This document shows, one piece after another, positions 54,390 to 64,000 of a DNA stretch of 64,000 nucleotides. Origin of the DNA: Gemmatimonadaceae bacterium (GTDB taxonomy: Bacteria > Gemmatimonadota > Gemmatimonadetes > Gemmatimonadales > Gemmatimonadaceae); NCBI GenBank assembly GCA_020846935.1, contig JADLCY010000004.1, positions 84,921 to 148,920 on the forward strand. The letters are read 5' to 3'. The translations under genes and the position numbers were made by a program. Positions within the stretch are counted from its first letter, which is position 1. The number at the start of each line of letters is the position of its first letter. The notes under the pieces are model-generated. The model saw nothing but the letters and a program-made list of their open reading frames with translations, was not told where the DNA came from and searched no databases.

Positions 54390-54845
54390 TTGTCAACGGA
54401 TATTCCGTGTTTCGAGGTGCGTGACTCGCCCATTCAGGGGTCGGGTGGCTTTGCCGTACGCGTCATTCCCGCCGGAACGCGGATCGTGGAGTACGTCGGC
54501 GAGCGGCTCACACCGGCGGAGTCGGAGGCACGCTACCCTGACGTGCCCGGCGTGCGGCATCACACGTTCCTGTTTGCGATCGATGACGACGTGGTGATCG
54601 ATGCGGCGGTCGGCGGCAACGAGGCGCGCTTCATCAATCACTCCTGCGAGCCCAATTGCGACGCGGTGATCGAAGACGGGCGCATCTGGATCGAGAGCCT
54701 GCGCGACATCGCGCCCGGCGAGGAACTCGCGTACGACTACGCCTACATCCTCGACGAGCGCCACTCGCCCGCGGCCAAGCGCCGCTATCCGTGCCAGTGC
54801 GGATCGCGCGCGTGTCGGGGGACGATCCTCGGCAAGAAGCGCTGA
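54390..54845 (+). CDS. SET-domain protein-lysine methyltransferase-like protein with post-SET Cys motif
   Basis: FEVRDSPIQGSGGFA, ARFINHSCEPNC, GEELAYDY and the C-terminal CQCGSRACRG are present. The start is uncertain: TTG at 54390 or GTG at 54417. The listed 54288 start overlaps the upstream gene. Confidence 0.8.
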   Translation: MSTDIPCFEVRDSPIQGSGGFAVRVIPAGTRIVEYVGERLTPAESEARYPDVPGVRHHTFLFAIDDDVVIDAAVGGNEARFINHSCEPNCDAVIEDGRIWIESLRDIAPGEELAYDYAYILDERHSPAAKRRYPCQCGSRACRGTILGKKR

Positions 54846-56171
54846 CTAAGCATCCTCGCGCTGCCGGCTGCGCGCTTCCTGCTGTCGCCCGAGCCAGAGT
54901 CCGACACCGAGCCACGCGAGCGAGAGCGGGACCGCCACGAGCGCCTCACCCGCGGCCGTGACACCAAGGCGTGCCAGCCCCGCTGTCGACCAGGCACCGA
55001 TCTGGTCGCCGAGCCGATACACAAAGGTGTCGATGAAGTTCTTGGCCTTGTACTTGTCTTCGCGGGAGAGCACGGTGTAGAGCACTTCGCGCGTCGGCCT
55101 CGCCACGGCAAACTCGCCGCTGCGCCTGAGCACCTGGAAGACGACGAATACGGCGATCGTTGGCACCGCGCCGAGCGTGGCAAAACCGATGACCGAGAGC
55201 GCGGGGAGCAGCGTCAGCGTGATGGCCACGCCGAGCAGCTTCACGATGCGTCCGGTGAGAAAGACCTGGGTCAGCAGGGTGAGCACGTTCACCGCGAGAT
55301 CGAGCTGTGCAAAGAACGCGGTGCGGGCGCCCGCGTCTGCGTAGGCCCGGTCGGCGAACGTCGCCTGCTGCAGATACAGCGTGGTGGACCCGATGGTGAA
55401 GAGGACCATGTACGTGCAGATCCCCAGGAGGTACGGCGAAGACACGACGTGCGACACGCCGGCGAGCGTGCCACCGCCGATGACCGCGTCGTGGTCGCCC
55501 GAACGACGGTCGGCCGTGGCTCCCATGTGCCGCCCGAGCGCCAGCACGGACTGCGTGCTCAGTTCGAGCAGGGCGATGGATACGAGCAGCAGGGTGATCG
55601 GGCCGAGGGCCTGCGCGAGCGAGGCCGTGACGATCGATCCGACGATGCCGCCCAGCGTGCCACCGAACCCGATGAACCCGAAGAGTCGCTTGCCCTGCGC
55701 GCTGGTGAAGACGTCCGTCATGAAGGACCAGAACACCGACACGACGAACAGGTTGAACACCGCGGTCCACACAAAGAAGACGCGGCCGGCCCAGAGGGCG
55801 TGTTCGGGCCGCATGACGCGGAACACGATGAAGAAGATCGCGAGGTTGGCGACGAAGAAGCGGTTGGCCCAGGGGATAAACCGTCGGCGTGGGAGCCGCG
55901 CGACCAGTGCCGCAAAGGGCGGATGCACGGCCAGCATCGCGACCAGCGTCGCGGTGAACAGCCACGGGATGTTGCGCACGCCGCCGGCCACCCCCACCTG
56001 CTCGCGCAGCGGCCGGATGATGTAGTAGCTGGACAACACGCAGAAGAAGTACGCGCAGGCCAGGAGCATGACCCGGACTTCCCCTGGGCGCACGTCAACG
56101 ATGCGCTGCAGGAGCCGCTCGAGGGGCGTGGCCGGAGCGATGGGGACGGACGGTCGGTCGGAGTCGGGCAC
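54846..56171 (-). CDS. MFS-type transporter resembling the TLC / Npt nucleotide-exchange family
   Basis: The 441-aa protein has about 12 helices. The N-terminus VRPGEVRVMLLACAYFFCVLSSYYIIRPLREQ resembles the conserved start of ATP/ADP-translocase-like carriers. The assignment is from memory only. Confidence 0.5.
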   Translation of the reverse strand: MPDSDRPSVPIAPATPLERLLQRIVDVRPGEVRVMLLACAYFFCVLSSYYIIRPLREQVGVAGGVRNIPWLFTATLVAMLAVHPPFAALVARLPRRRFIPWANRFFVANLAIFFIVFRVMRPEHALWAGRVFFVWTAVFNLFVVSVFWSFMTDVFTSAQGKRLFGFIGFGGTLGGIVGSIVTASLAQALGPITLLLVSIALLELSTQSVLALGRHMGATADRRSGDHDAVIGGGTLAGVSHVVSSPYLLGICTYMVLFTIGSTTLYLQQATFADRAYADAGARTAFFAQLDLAVNVLTLLTQVFLTGRIVKLLGVAITLTLLPALSVIGFATLGAVPTIAVFVVFQVLRRSGEFAVARPTREVLYTVLSREDKYKAKNFIDTFVYRLGDQIGAWSTAGLARLGVTAAGEALVAVPLSLAWLGVGLWLGRQQEARSRQREDA

Positions 56172-56307
56172 GGTCGACGGGTGGGTTCCGGAGCCCCGTC
56201 AACCTACGGGTCGGGTCGCGGAGGGACTACCCGCCCGTCGCACCCGCGGACTCGGTTGACACGAGGGTCGCGGCGTCGCAGCGTGCGGGGCCTTCACCTC
56301 TCTCGCC

Positions 56308-57717
56308 ATGCGTCTTTCTCGCGCTGTCGCTGGCCTCGCTGCGTTGCTCCTGCCTTCCGTGGTCACCGCTCAGGAAGGCGCGCGCACGGCATGGGACTCC
56401 CTTGCCCGGTCGATCTTCGAGGAACTCGTCGAGATCAACACGCAAGGCAGCACCGGGAGTACACTCGCCGCCGCGCAGGCCATGGCGGCGCGGCTCAAGG
56501 CGCACGGCTTTCCGGACTCCGACGTCGTCGTGATCGAAAACGCGCCGAAGAAGGGCAATCTCGTCGCGCGACTGCGCGGTCGGGCCTCGGGCAAGAAGCC
56601 GATCCTCCTCCTCTCGCATATCGATGTCGTGGAAGCGCGGCCCGAAGACTGGACGCTCCCGCCATTCGAGTTCATCGAAAAGGACGGCACGTTCTACGGG
56701 CGCGGCGTCGCCGACGACAAGGACGAGGGTGCGATCGGCCTCACCAACCTGATCCGCCTCAAGCGGGAGGGATTCGTGCCCGACCGCGACATCGTCGTCG
56801 CGCTCACCACGGACGAAGAAGGCGGGCCCGCCAACGGGGTGGACCACATCCTGAAGAATCGTCCGGACCTGTTCGACGTGGAGTACGCCTTCAACGAGGG
56901 CGGAGGCGGCCGCGTCGGGCCGGCCGGTAAGTATGTGTCGCACGACGTGCAGGCGAGCGAAAAGAAGTACCAGATGTTCACGCTCGAGGCGACCAACCCG
57001 GGCGGGCACAGCTCCGTGCCGGTGCGGGACAACGCGATCACCGAACTCTCGAAGGCCCTGGTCAAGGTCGGCGAGTTCGACTTTCCCGTGCACCTCAACG
57101 AGGTGACGCGGGCGTATTTCTCGCGCCTGTCGCAGACGGTGGATCCGGAGCTGGGTTCCGCGATGCGCGCGGTGGTGGCCAACCCCGGAAATGCGGCCGC
57201 GGTTGCCCGGGTCTCGCGCGACCCGCGCTACAACTCGCAGATGCGCACGACCTGTGTGGCGACGATGCTGGACGGCGGCCACGCCCCGAACGCGCTGCCG
57301 CAGCGGGCGCGCGGACACGTGAATTGCCGCATCCTGCCTGACGAGTCACCGCAGGACGTGAAGGCCGCGCTCGAACGCGCGATCGCCACCGACAAGGTAA
57401 AGGTGACCATGGAGGGCGAGGCGCGGAACTCGCCGCCGTCGCCACTCACGAAGGACCTGATGTCCGAGATCGAGCGCGTCACCAGGGAGATGTGGCCCGG
57501 GATCCCGGTGATTCCCACCATGAGCACCGGCGCGACCGATGGCGTGTACCTGCGCTCGTCCCGGATCCCCACCTACGGCGTCTCGGGCCTGTTCTACGGC
57601 GAGACGTTTTCGCACGGCATGAACGAGCGGATCCCGGTGAAAGGGTTCTACGACGGCCTCGAGTTCATGTACCGACTCGTCAAGGGCGTGTCGTCGACGG
57701 TGAAGGTCGTGCAATAG
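56308..57717 (+). CDS. M20 family metallopeptidase (secreted)
   Basis: It has a signal peptide. LLSHIDVVEARPEDWTLPPFE, FYGRGVADDKDEG and NEGGGG are also present. Confidence 0.8.
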   Translation: MRLSRAVAGLAALLLPSVVTAQEGARTAWDSLARSIFEELVEINTQGSTGSTLAAAQAMAARLKAHGFPDSDVVVIENAPKKGNLVARLRGRASGKKPILLLSHIDVVEARPEDWTLPPFEFIEKDGTFYGRGVADDKDEGAIGLTNLIRLKREGFVPDRDIVVALTTDEEGGPANGVDHILKNRPDLFDVEYAFNEGGGGRVGPAGKYVSHDVQASEKKYQMFTLEATNPGGHSSVPVRDNAITELSKALVKVGEFDFPVHLNEVTRAYFSRLSQTVDPELGSAMRAVVANPGNAAAVARVSRDPRYNSQMRTTCVATMLDGGHAPNALPQRARGHVNCRILPDESPQDVKAALERAIATDKVKVTMEGEARNSPPSPLTKDLMSEIERVTREMWPGIPVIPTMSTGATDGVYLRSSRIPTYGVSGLFYGETFSHGMNERIPVKGFYDGLEFMYRLVKGVSSTVKVVQ

Positions 57718-57793
57718 GTTGGTGCTGGCGCGTGCCGAGCGCGGGACCGGACCGGGTATCATTCACGCGCCCTCCTGACCACGTTCCTCACTC

Positions 57794-59287
57794 GTGACGT
57801 CCTTCACTCCGCCTTTCACGCGCGATCCGGCCACCGGGTCGGGATCGAAGTCCGCGCGGTCCGGTGTGGTGGTCGTCGTAGGGCGAGCCGCGCAGCTGGT
57901 CCTGCAGTTCGGCCTCGCCATCCTCCTGGCCCGACTCCTCTCTCCCGAGGACTTCGGTGTACAGGCCATGGTGTTTCCGGTCGCCCTCCTCGTCCAGGGG
58001 ATCGCCAACAGCGGACTGCAGAGCGCGATCATCCAGCACGAGTCGCTGGACGACGTGCAGGCGAGCGCACTCTTCTGGGCCTCCCTGCGATGGAACGCCC
58101 TGCTGTGCGCGGGCATGGCGGCGAGTGGCGTCCTGCTCATGGCGATCAACCGCGAGCCGCGCGTGTTGCCCGTTACCATCGCGTGGGCCGCCATCACACT
58201 CGGCGCCACGCTTTCGGCGATCCATGAAGCACTGCTCAAGCGGCAGTTCCGCTTTGGTGCGGTGCTCGGTGCGCATCTCACGGGGCTCGTCCTTTCGATC
58301 GGTGTGGCGGTGGTGGCCGCGCGGCTCGGTGCGCGTCACTGGGCGATCATCCTGCAGATGGCGGTGGTGGAGTTTGTGCGTGTCGCGATCGTCTGGCGCC
58401 TTCTCCCGTGGCGCCCGCTCTCGCCGGTGCGCCTCGGGCCCGAACGACACGCGGCGTCGGCCGAATTGCGGGCCTATTGGCGCGGCTTCGCCGGTGCACG
58501 ATTCATGGGATGGATGAGTGAACAGGCCGACCGCATCGCGGTGGGTGTGATGGGCGGCGCCGCGCCGCTTGGCCTCTACGACTTTGCCAGGCGCTGGGGA
58601 CAGTTCGCGTTCGTGGAGGTGTACACGCCGCTCTCAGAGGTTGCGATCGCCACGTTGAGCGCCGTGCGCCGCGATGCCGAGGCTCAGGCCACACAGGTGC
58701 GCAACGCCTTCCTGCCCGTCCTCGCGATCTCGCTGCCCATCCTGGGCTTCTTGTTCGCCGAGGCGGATGGCGTGCTGCTGTTCCTGTTTGGGGCGCAGTG
58801 GGTGCCCGCGGCGCCGGCCATGCGCGCGATCGCCGTCGCCACCGCGGTCGGCAGCATCGGGCGCCTGGCGTATTGGGTCTCGCTCTCCACCGGGCAGACC
58901 ACGCGTCAGTTCCGCTGGACGGTGATCATCACACCCGTATTTCTCGCCGGCATTCTCGTGGGGGCGCGATGGGGTCCCTTCGGCGTGGCGGTGGGGTTCG
59001 CCGTCGCCAACCTGCTCACGTCGATTCCCGGCGTGTTCTACCTGCTGGCGACAACGAGCCTGCGCGTGCGTCCGTTGCTGGCGACGTGGACGGTGCCAAT
59101 GCTGGCAGCTGTTGGGGGCGTCGCTGCGCTGCGTCTGCTCGATCCCTCGTTGCCCTCGAGCGGGCGCCTGGTTGGACTGGTGGAGCGCGGATTCGTCTTT
59201 CTGGCAACGTACGTCGTGCTCTGGCTCCTCATCCCCGGCGGTCGAGGGATGCTTCGCGGACTCCGACCCTCTGCGCGCGCGACCTGA
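57794..59287 (+). CDS. MOP-superfamily polysaccharide/oligosaccharide flippase (Wzx-like)
   Basis: The 497-aa protein has about 12-14 helices. ILLARLLSPEDFGVQAMVFPVALLVQGIANSGLQSAIIQ is typical of polysaccharide biosynthesis (Polysacc_synt) proteins. Confidence 0.7.
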   Translation: MTSFTPPFTRDPATGSGSKSARSGVVVVVGRAAQLVLQFGLAILLARLLSPEDFGVQAMVFPVALLVQGIANSGLQSAIIQHESLDDVQASALFWASLRWNALLCAGMAASGVLLMAINREPRVLPVTIAWAAITLGATLSAIHEALLKRQFRFGAVLGAHLTGLVLSIGVAVVAARLGARHWAIILQMAVVEFVRVAIVWRLLPWRPLSPVRLGPERHAASAELRAYWRGFAGARFMGWMSEQADRIAVGVMGGAAPLGLYDFARRWGQFAFVEVYTPLSEVAIATLSAVRRDAEAQATQVRNAFLPVLAISLPILGFLFAEADGVLLFLFGAQWVPAAPAMRAIAVATAVGSIGRLAYWVSLSTGQTTRQFRWTVIITPVFLAGILVGARWGPFGVAVGFAVANLLTSIPGVFYLLATTSLRVRPLLATWTVPMLAAVGGVAALRLLDPSLPSSGRLVGLVERGFVFLATYVVLWLLIPGGRGMLRGLRPSARAT

Positions 59288-59434
59288 TCGTCGAATCGCT
59301 CGCGAGGATCTCAACACGGCCTGAGACGCGCCGGCGCGGGCCGCGGTCAGGGATCGCCTCACGCACGCTTCCCGGCGCCTGTGCACGGCGCCACGTTCCA
59401 GCGGCAAGCGTTCGTCCACCCACACCGTCGTTCC

Positions 59435-62143
59435 ATGCGCCGTCTCCTCGCCGTGACGTGGTTCAGTTGCGCGCTCGCCGCGCCTGCTGCTGCACAGTCC
59501 CGTCCCGCCATTGCTCCCGCCGACTACGGCAAGTGGGAGACCCCGGGCCCGGCGTCGCTCTCTCCGGACGGTCGGTGGATTGCGTACACCGTGCAGCGTG
59601 TGGACGAACAGGTGGAGGTGCGTGTGCGTCGGCTCGACCGCGACTCCACCCTCGTCATCGCCAACGCGTCGGCGCCGGTGTTCAACGCCGACTCGCGGTG
59701 GCTGGCATACACCGTGTCGCCAACGCCGGCGGAACGGGAACGGCTCGAACGCGACCGGAAACCGGTGCGCACGTCCACGGGTCTGCTCGAGCTCGGAACG
59801 CTCGCGCGCCACGCGCTGGCCCAGTCATCGTCCCATCGGTTCAGCGCCGACGGACGCCATCTCGCGGTGCGATTGGTGCCGACCGACGCGGCGAAGCGCG
59901 ACGCGGCAGATCTGCTCGTGCGTGACCTGGCCGCCGGTACGAGCCAAACGATCGGCAACGTGGCGAGCTATGCGTGGTCCGATCGGGGGGCCCAGCTCGC
60001 TCTTGCGCTGGAGACCGACGGGCAGGCCGGCAACGGCGTGCAGCTGCTGGACGCTGGCAACGGACGTTTGCGGACGCTGGCCTCGTCCACCGATCGGTAC
60101 CGCGGCCTGGCGTGGCGACGGGGCGCGATGGACCTGGCGGTGCTGCGCTCCCAGCCCACCAACGGCTACCGTGACAGCACGAACGTCGTCCTCGCCTGGC
60201 GCGGCGTGGGATCTGCCAGCGAACGTCGCTTCACCCTCGATCCGGCGGGCGGTCGTGGGGTGCTGGCGACGTTGCGCGTCGCCGAGCAGCGCAAACCCGA
60301 GTGGCGCCGCGACGGCCGAGGACTCGCGATCGGCCTTCGGCCACGCCTCGTCACGGCCGACACGGCATCGCCGCGCGAGAAGGCCTCGGACGTGCAGGTC
60401 TGGCACGCGCGAGACGTGCGTCCCATCCCGATGCAGAAGGTGCAGGAGCAGGCGGATCTGCGACGCACCTTCTATTCAGTCTGGTGGCTCGACGACGATC
60501 GGGTGGTGCAGATCGGCAGTGCGCTCGCCGAGCAAGTCACCGTCGCGGACACCGGCAACGTCGCCCTGGAGACCAACGCGGAGCGATACGCCTTTGGCCA
60601 GATGTTTGGTCGGCCGCAGCGCGACATCGATGTGGTCGACCTGGCCAGCGGGCAGCGGAAGCGTGTGCTCAGCGGAACGCGGTTTGGGGCGCTGCCCAGT
60701 CCCGATGGGCGCCGCGTGGCCTGGTTCAGCTCAGGGCAGTGGCGGTTCACGGACCTGGTCACCGGCGCCACCCAGGCGGCCACCACACCGGCGGGCAGCG
60801 GTTTCACGGATACCGAAGACGACCATCCGGTGCCGGAGCGCGGACCCTGGGGCAACGCGGGCTGGTCGTCCGACAGCCGCTGGTTCATCGCCTACGATCG
60901 CTACGACGTCTGGCGGCTGGCCGCGGACGGCTCGCGTGCCGAGCGCCTGACGAGTGGTGCGGCAGAGCGCCGGGTGCATCGCGTGCTTCGTACGGAACCG
61001 TTCGACCAGCGTGGCCCGCTGGACCTCGCGCGCCCCGTCTACCTGCAGGTTGCCGGTGAGTGGAGCAAGGAGAACGGCATTGCGCGTCTCGTTCCAGGGC
61101 AGGGCGTTCAGCTCGTTGCGAGTGGCGCGGCGGCATTCTCACGCTTGCTCCGAGCCGATAGTGCGGCGACCGTGGCGTGGGTGCGCGAGCGGTTCGACGA
61201 ACCGCCCAACTGGTATGTAGCGACACCGGGTCCCGCGGGCGCGGCGCGCCGCGTGAGCGATCTCGATCCGTTCCAGGCCGACTACGCGTGGGGACGCGCC
61301 GAGCTGGTGGAGTTCAGGAGTGACTCGGGGCGCGTGCTGCAGGGGGTGCTGTATTACCCGGCCAACCACGACCCGTCGCGGAAGTACCCGATGATCGTGA
61401 ACACGTACGAGCTCATGAGCGGTGCGATCCACAACTATGTGCCGCCTTCGGAGCGCTCGTACTACAACCGCACGGTGTGGACGAGCCGCGGCTACTTTGT
61501 CTTCACGCCCGACGTCGTGTTCCGCGCCGGCGATCCCGGTCGCTCGTACCTCGAGTGCGTGATTCCGGCGGTCCGCGCGGTGATCGCCATGGGTGTGGTG
61601 GACTCAGCCCGCATCGGACTGGTAGGGCATTCGTGGGGCGGCTACGAAGCGGCGTACGCGCCCACGCAGACCAATCTGTTCGCGACATCGATCGCCGGCG
61701 CGGCGATCACCAACTTTCTCTCGTTCCCGGGCGCGTTTCACTGGACGCCGGGCATGCCGGAGCTGGATCACTGGGAGACGGGGCAGGCGCGCATGGGCAA
61801 GGCGCCGTGGGAGGACTTCGAGGGCCACGTGCGCAACTCGCCCGCCGCGTTCGTGGACAAGCTGCAGCGCCCGATGCTCATGATGTTTGGCGACGCGGAT
61901 GGCACCGTCGATTGGCATCAGGGCGTCGAGTTCTACAACTTCGCGCGCCGCGCCGGCAAGGAGGACTTCGTGATGCTCGTCTATCCCGGCGAGGATCACG
62001 GTCTGCGAAAGAAGGAGAACCAGGTGGACTACCACCGGCGCATCCTCGAGTGGTTCGGCCATTGGCTCAAGGGTGAGCCGGCGCCGGCGTGGATCCGAAG
62101 CGGTGTCGCGTGGCAGCGGGCGGCGGCCGGGGCCGAGCGATGA
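59435..62143 (+). CDS. S9 family prolyl oligopeptidase-like serine peptidase (secreted)
   Basis: The start is MRRLLAVTWFSCALAAPAAAQ at 59435, followed by an N-terminal beta-propeller. The catalytic motifs are GHSWGGYEA, FGDADGTVD and YPGEDHGL. Confidence 0.8.
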   Translation: MRRLLAVTWFSCALAAPAAAQSRPAIAPADYGKWETPGPASLSPDGRWIAYTVQRVDEQVEVRVRRLDRDSTLVIANASAPVFNADSRWLAYTVSPTPAERERLERDRKPVRTSTGLLELGTLARHALAQSSSHRFSADGRHLAVRLVPTDAAKRDAADLLVRDLAAGTSQTIGNVASYAWSDRGAQLALALETDGQAGNGVQLLDAGNGRLRTLASSTDRYRGLAWRRGAMDLAVLRSQPTNGYRDSTNVVLAWRGVGSASERRFTLDPAGGRGVLATLRVAEQRKPEWRRDGRGLAIGLRPRLVTADTASPREKASDVQVWHARDVRPIPMQKVQEQADLRRTFYSVWWLDDDRVVQIGSALAEQVTVADTGNVALETNAERYAFGQMFGRPQRDIDVVDLASGQRKRVLSGTRFGALPSPDGRRVAWFSSGQWRFTDLVTGATQAATTPAGSGFTDTEDDHPVPERGPWGNAGWSSDSRWFIAYDRYDVWRLAADGSRAERLTSGAAERRVHRVLRTEPFDQRGPLDLARPVYLQVAGEWSKENGIARLVPGQGVQLVASGAAAFSRLLRADSAATVAWVRERFDEPPNWYVATPGPAGAARRVSDLDPFQADYAWGRAELVEFRSDSGRVLQGVLYYPANHDPSRKYPMIVNTYELMSGAIHNYVPPSERSYYNRTVWTSRGYFVFTPDVVFRAGDPGRSYLECVIPAVRAVIAMGVVDSARIGLVGHSWGGYEAAYAPTQTNLFATSIAGAAITNFLSFPGAFHWTPGMPELDHWETGQARMGKAPWEDFEGHVRNSPAAFVDKLQRPMLMMFGDADGTVDWHQGVEFYNFARRAGKEDFVMLVYPGEDHGLRKKENQVDYHRRILEWFGHWLKGEPAPAWIRSGVAWQRAAAGAER

Positions 62144-62339
62144 GGCCACCGACATAGCACATCAACGTCTTGCCCGGTGTGCATCGCGGATCGTCCGTGG
62201 GGACGTGATGCGTCCGCTGCCCGAACGCATCACGCTCCGGCGGCTGCACCACCGGTGGCGTTGGTCGACGCGATGGTCGGCGCGTGCCTGGTGGCGTCCA
62301 CAGATGCGACAAGGATTGAGATACCCTTCAGACGGCGAC

Positions 62340-62367
62340 GGGGGCGGCACCTTCCGGTGCCGCCCCC
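62340..62367. terminator. GC-rich hairpin between convergent peptidase and SusD-like genes
   Basis: A perfect 12-bp stem, GGGGGCGGCACC (62340-62351) / GGTGCCGCCCCC (62356-62367), has a TTCC loop. There is no clear U-tract on either strand. Confidence 0.4.
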
Positions 62368-62391
62368 GCCACTTCCCGTATCTCGGGTCTC

Positions 62392-63762
62392 CTACTGCCC
62401 GCACCCTGGCTGCACGGTGCTCACCTTGGCGTTCGCCAGTCGCTCACCGTTTGTGATCGGAAACAGCGATCCGGGGCATACCTTGGCGTCGGATGTGGAG
62501 GTCCAATCGGGATCGCTGATCCCGAAACGGAACATGTCGTTCAGGCGCCGTCCCTGCATGATGGTGTTCACCCGACGTGAATGCACCAGTATGTCGATCG
62601 CCGTGGGCTGCCCAGCGCCGCCGGTCCACGACGGCAGGGCATTGAGCGCACGCAGCTGGTTGATCCGCGCGCTGAACTCACCGCTGTTCCCCTTCGCCAA
62701 TGCAACCTCGGCGGCGATCAGCAGCATGTCGCGCGAGCCGGTCACCGTCACCGGCGACAACGTGCTTCCGTTCACGAACTCTGTGAGCAGCGCCGCGACC
62801 ACCGGGTCGGCCTGCCCGGTGATGGGATCCTTCAGCGCGACGGTCATCACCTTGGTGGTGTAGTTGTACGTGGCAAGCGCCGGGTTGAAGATCACTTCAC
62901 GCCGGGAGTTCACGCACGAGGGGAAGAAGCAGTTCCCCCATCCCATCCCGCTCTGCACTTCCAGCTTGAAGCGGTAATCACTGCCGATGAGGGGCAGTGC
63001 GGCGATGGCATCGTCGGCTGCACCCTGCACGTCCACCAGCGGCTGCGCGGGTGTCTTGCCCGACGGATTCAGCTTGAGCCACACCGCACGGTCGAACTTG
63101 GCTCGGGCGCGCATGGCCAGCACCTGACCCTTCAGCACCGTGTTGGCCGATGGCACCGAGGCCAGCGCACGCGTCAACGCGGTCTCCGCCGAGTCATACA
63201 GCGTGACCATCTTGTCCGGCCCCACCGCGTCGCCCGCTTCACGCTGGCTCGACGCAATCACGAAGTTGTCGAAGTTGTTGGCCAGGAGATCGTACGTGAT
63301 GGCGGCATACAGGTTGGCCAGCGCGAGTTGCGTCGGATCGGCGAGCGTCCCGTCCTTCCTGAACTGCTCGAGTTGCGTGATGGTACGCGCCGACATGAAG
63401 CGCGCCGGCGTCATCCCGTTGAACGCATCCTCCAGGAACTCGTTGTAGGGGTCGCGCAGTTCCCCGCGGTTGAGTCGGTCAACGCCGTCCAGCGAACCGC
63501 TCCAGATGATGTTGTCGCTGGCGATTTCCGCGTGCCCCACCACTTGCGCGGCACCGCGCGTAAGCGCTGCCAGCGCACCGTTGACCTGTGCAGTGGCGGA
63601 GGCCGGCACGGCAAGCGCTTCGGCATTGACGTTGTTGGGATTCTCCACTTCCAGCAGGCTGCCGCACGCGCTCGTCGCTCCTGCGGCGAGCAGCGTGGCC
63701 ACCAGCGCCACGGCGCGCGCCTTCCGGCGCGCACGCATCGGATCGGTGTGTCGGATATTCAT
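62392..63762 (-). CDS. SusD/RagB-like outer-membrane lipoprotein
   Basis: The lipobox is LLAAGATSAC. The size and helical character fit the family. It lies immediately downstream of a SusC-type TonB-dependent receptor C-terminus. The start is at 63762 (MNIRH) or the following Met. Confidence 0.7.
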   Translation of the reverse strand: MNIRHTDPMRARRKARAVALVATLLAAGATSACGSLLEVENPNNVNAEALAVPASATAQVNGALAALTRGAAQVVGHAEIASDNIIWSGSLDGVDRLNRGELRDPYNEFLEDAFNGMTPARFMSARTITQLEQFRKDGTLADPTQLALANLYAAITYDLLANNFDNFVIASSQREAGDAVGPDKMVTLYDSAETALTRALASVPSANTVLKGQVLAMRARAKFDRAVWLKLNPSGKTPAQPLVDVQGAADDAIAALPLIGSDYRFKLEVQSGMGWGNCFFPSCVNSRREVIFNPALATYNYTTKVMTVALKDPITGQADPVVAALLTEFVNGSTLSPVTVTGSRDMLLIAAEVALAKGNSGEFSARINQLRALNALPSWTGGAGQPTAIDILVHSRRVNTIMQGRRLNDMFRFGISDPDWTSTSDAKVCPGSLFPITNGERLANAKVSTVQPGCGQ

Positions 63763-63778
63763 GATCGTCGATGCTCCT

Positions 63779-64000
63779 TTAGAAGCCGAGTCGGAGTGTG
63801 AGCGTGAAGCGACGCGGAATGGGCAGCGCGAACGTGTCGCTCGAGTCGTAGAAGTTGTTGTCGATCTGGTTGGACGAGAGGCTGTTGGAGACCCCCGCAA
63901 CGTTGATCTCCGGGTCGGTGCCCGGGTAGCGCGTCCAGAGCAGCAGGTTTCGAGCGGCAAACATCAGCGACATCTCGCTGGCGCCGATGCGCGAGGCCAG
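63779..64000 (-). CDS. TonB-dependent receptor (SusC/RagA-like), C-terminal fragment cut by window edge
   Basis: The frame is open to nt 64000. The C-terminus NLLLWTRYPGTDPEIN ... RRFTLTLRLGF ends in an aromatic residue, as in outer-membrane beta-barrels. Confidence 0.7.
   Translation of the reverse strand: MASRIGASEMSLMFAARNLLLWTRYPGTDPEINVAGVSNSLSSNQIDNNFYDSSDTFALPIPRRFTLTLRLGF

Noticed and set aside
1-64000. rRNA, tRNA, transposase or integrase genes
   Set aside because: I recognised no conserved rRNA or tRNA sequence blocks and no transposase or integrase motifs (DDE, RHRY) in any frame. Absence cannot be proven without tRNAscan-SE, Infernal or ISfinder.

Overview
This is a high-GC bacterial chromosomal segment with about 50 protein-coding genes on both strands. 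I recognised no rRNA, tRNA, CRISPR array or intact mobile element. The gene content includes PadR with a duplicated orphan FtsX-type permease, CarboxypepD_reg/plug proteins, a sortilin/BNR protein and an LVIVD protein. It also includes a DUF1080 + NupG-like + Gfo/Idh/MocA module and a SusC/SusD pair. This mix suggests a Gemmatimonadota- or Acidobacteriota-like organism, but that is inference only. All family calls come from motifs read by eye in the supplied translations; no search was run. Many long ORFs in the track are antisense shadows typical of high-GC DNA and were discarded. Main observations: (1) A visibly lower-GC islet (about 39.6-41.6 kb) carries a self-contained, translationally coupled pair: a 276-aa soluble protein of no recognised family and a 159-aa four-helix membrane protein. 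The layout resembles RexA/RexB. It sits next to a Doc/AbrB-type toxin-antitoxin pair and a roughly 1555-aa TPR-HD-GYP-GGDEF-STAND(P-loop)-TPR protein, so this is a candidate defence or abortive-infection neighbourhood. (2) A classic-looking Phe leader-peptide attenuator (leader [24 protein letters not shown], alternative 1:2/2:3/3:4 pairings, U8 terminator) lies directly upstream of a gene fusing chorismate mutase, prephenate dehydratase, an ACT domain and a type I-beta DAHP synthase. (3) Three tandem copies of a roughly 108-bp unit lie upstream of an AraC-DinB-Ogt operon. (4) Several perfect inverted repeats sit at regulator genes (PadR, YtrA-type GntR, antitoxin) and upstream of yceI. (5) A decayed ABC ATPase gene lies beside an intact GntR regulator. 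(6) A bacterial SET/post-SET protein and a SCO1-PCuAC fusion are also present.
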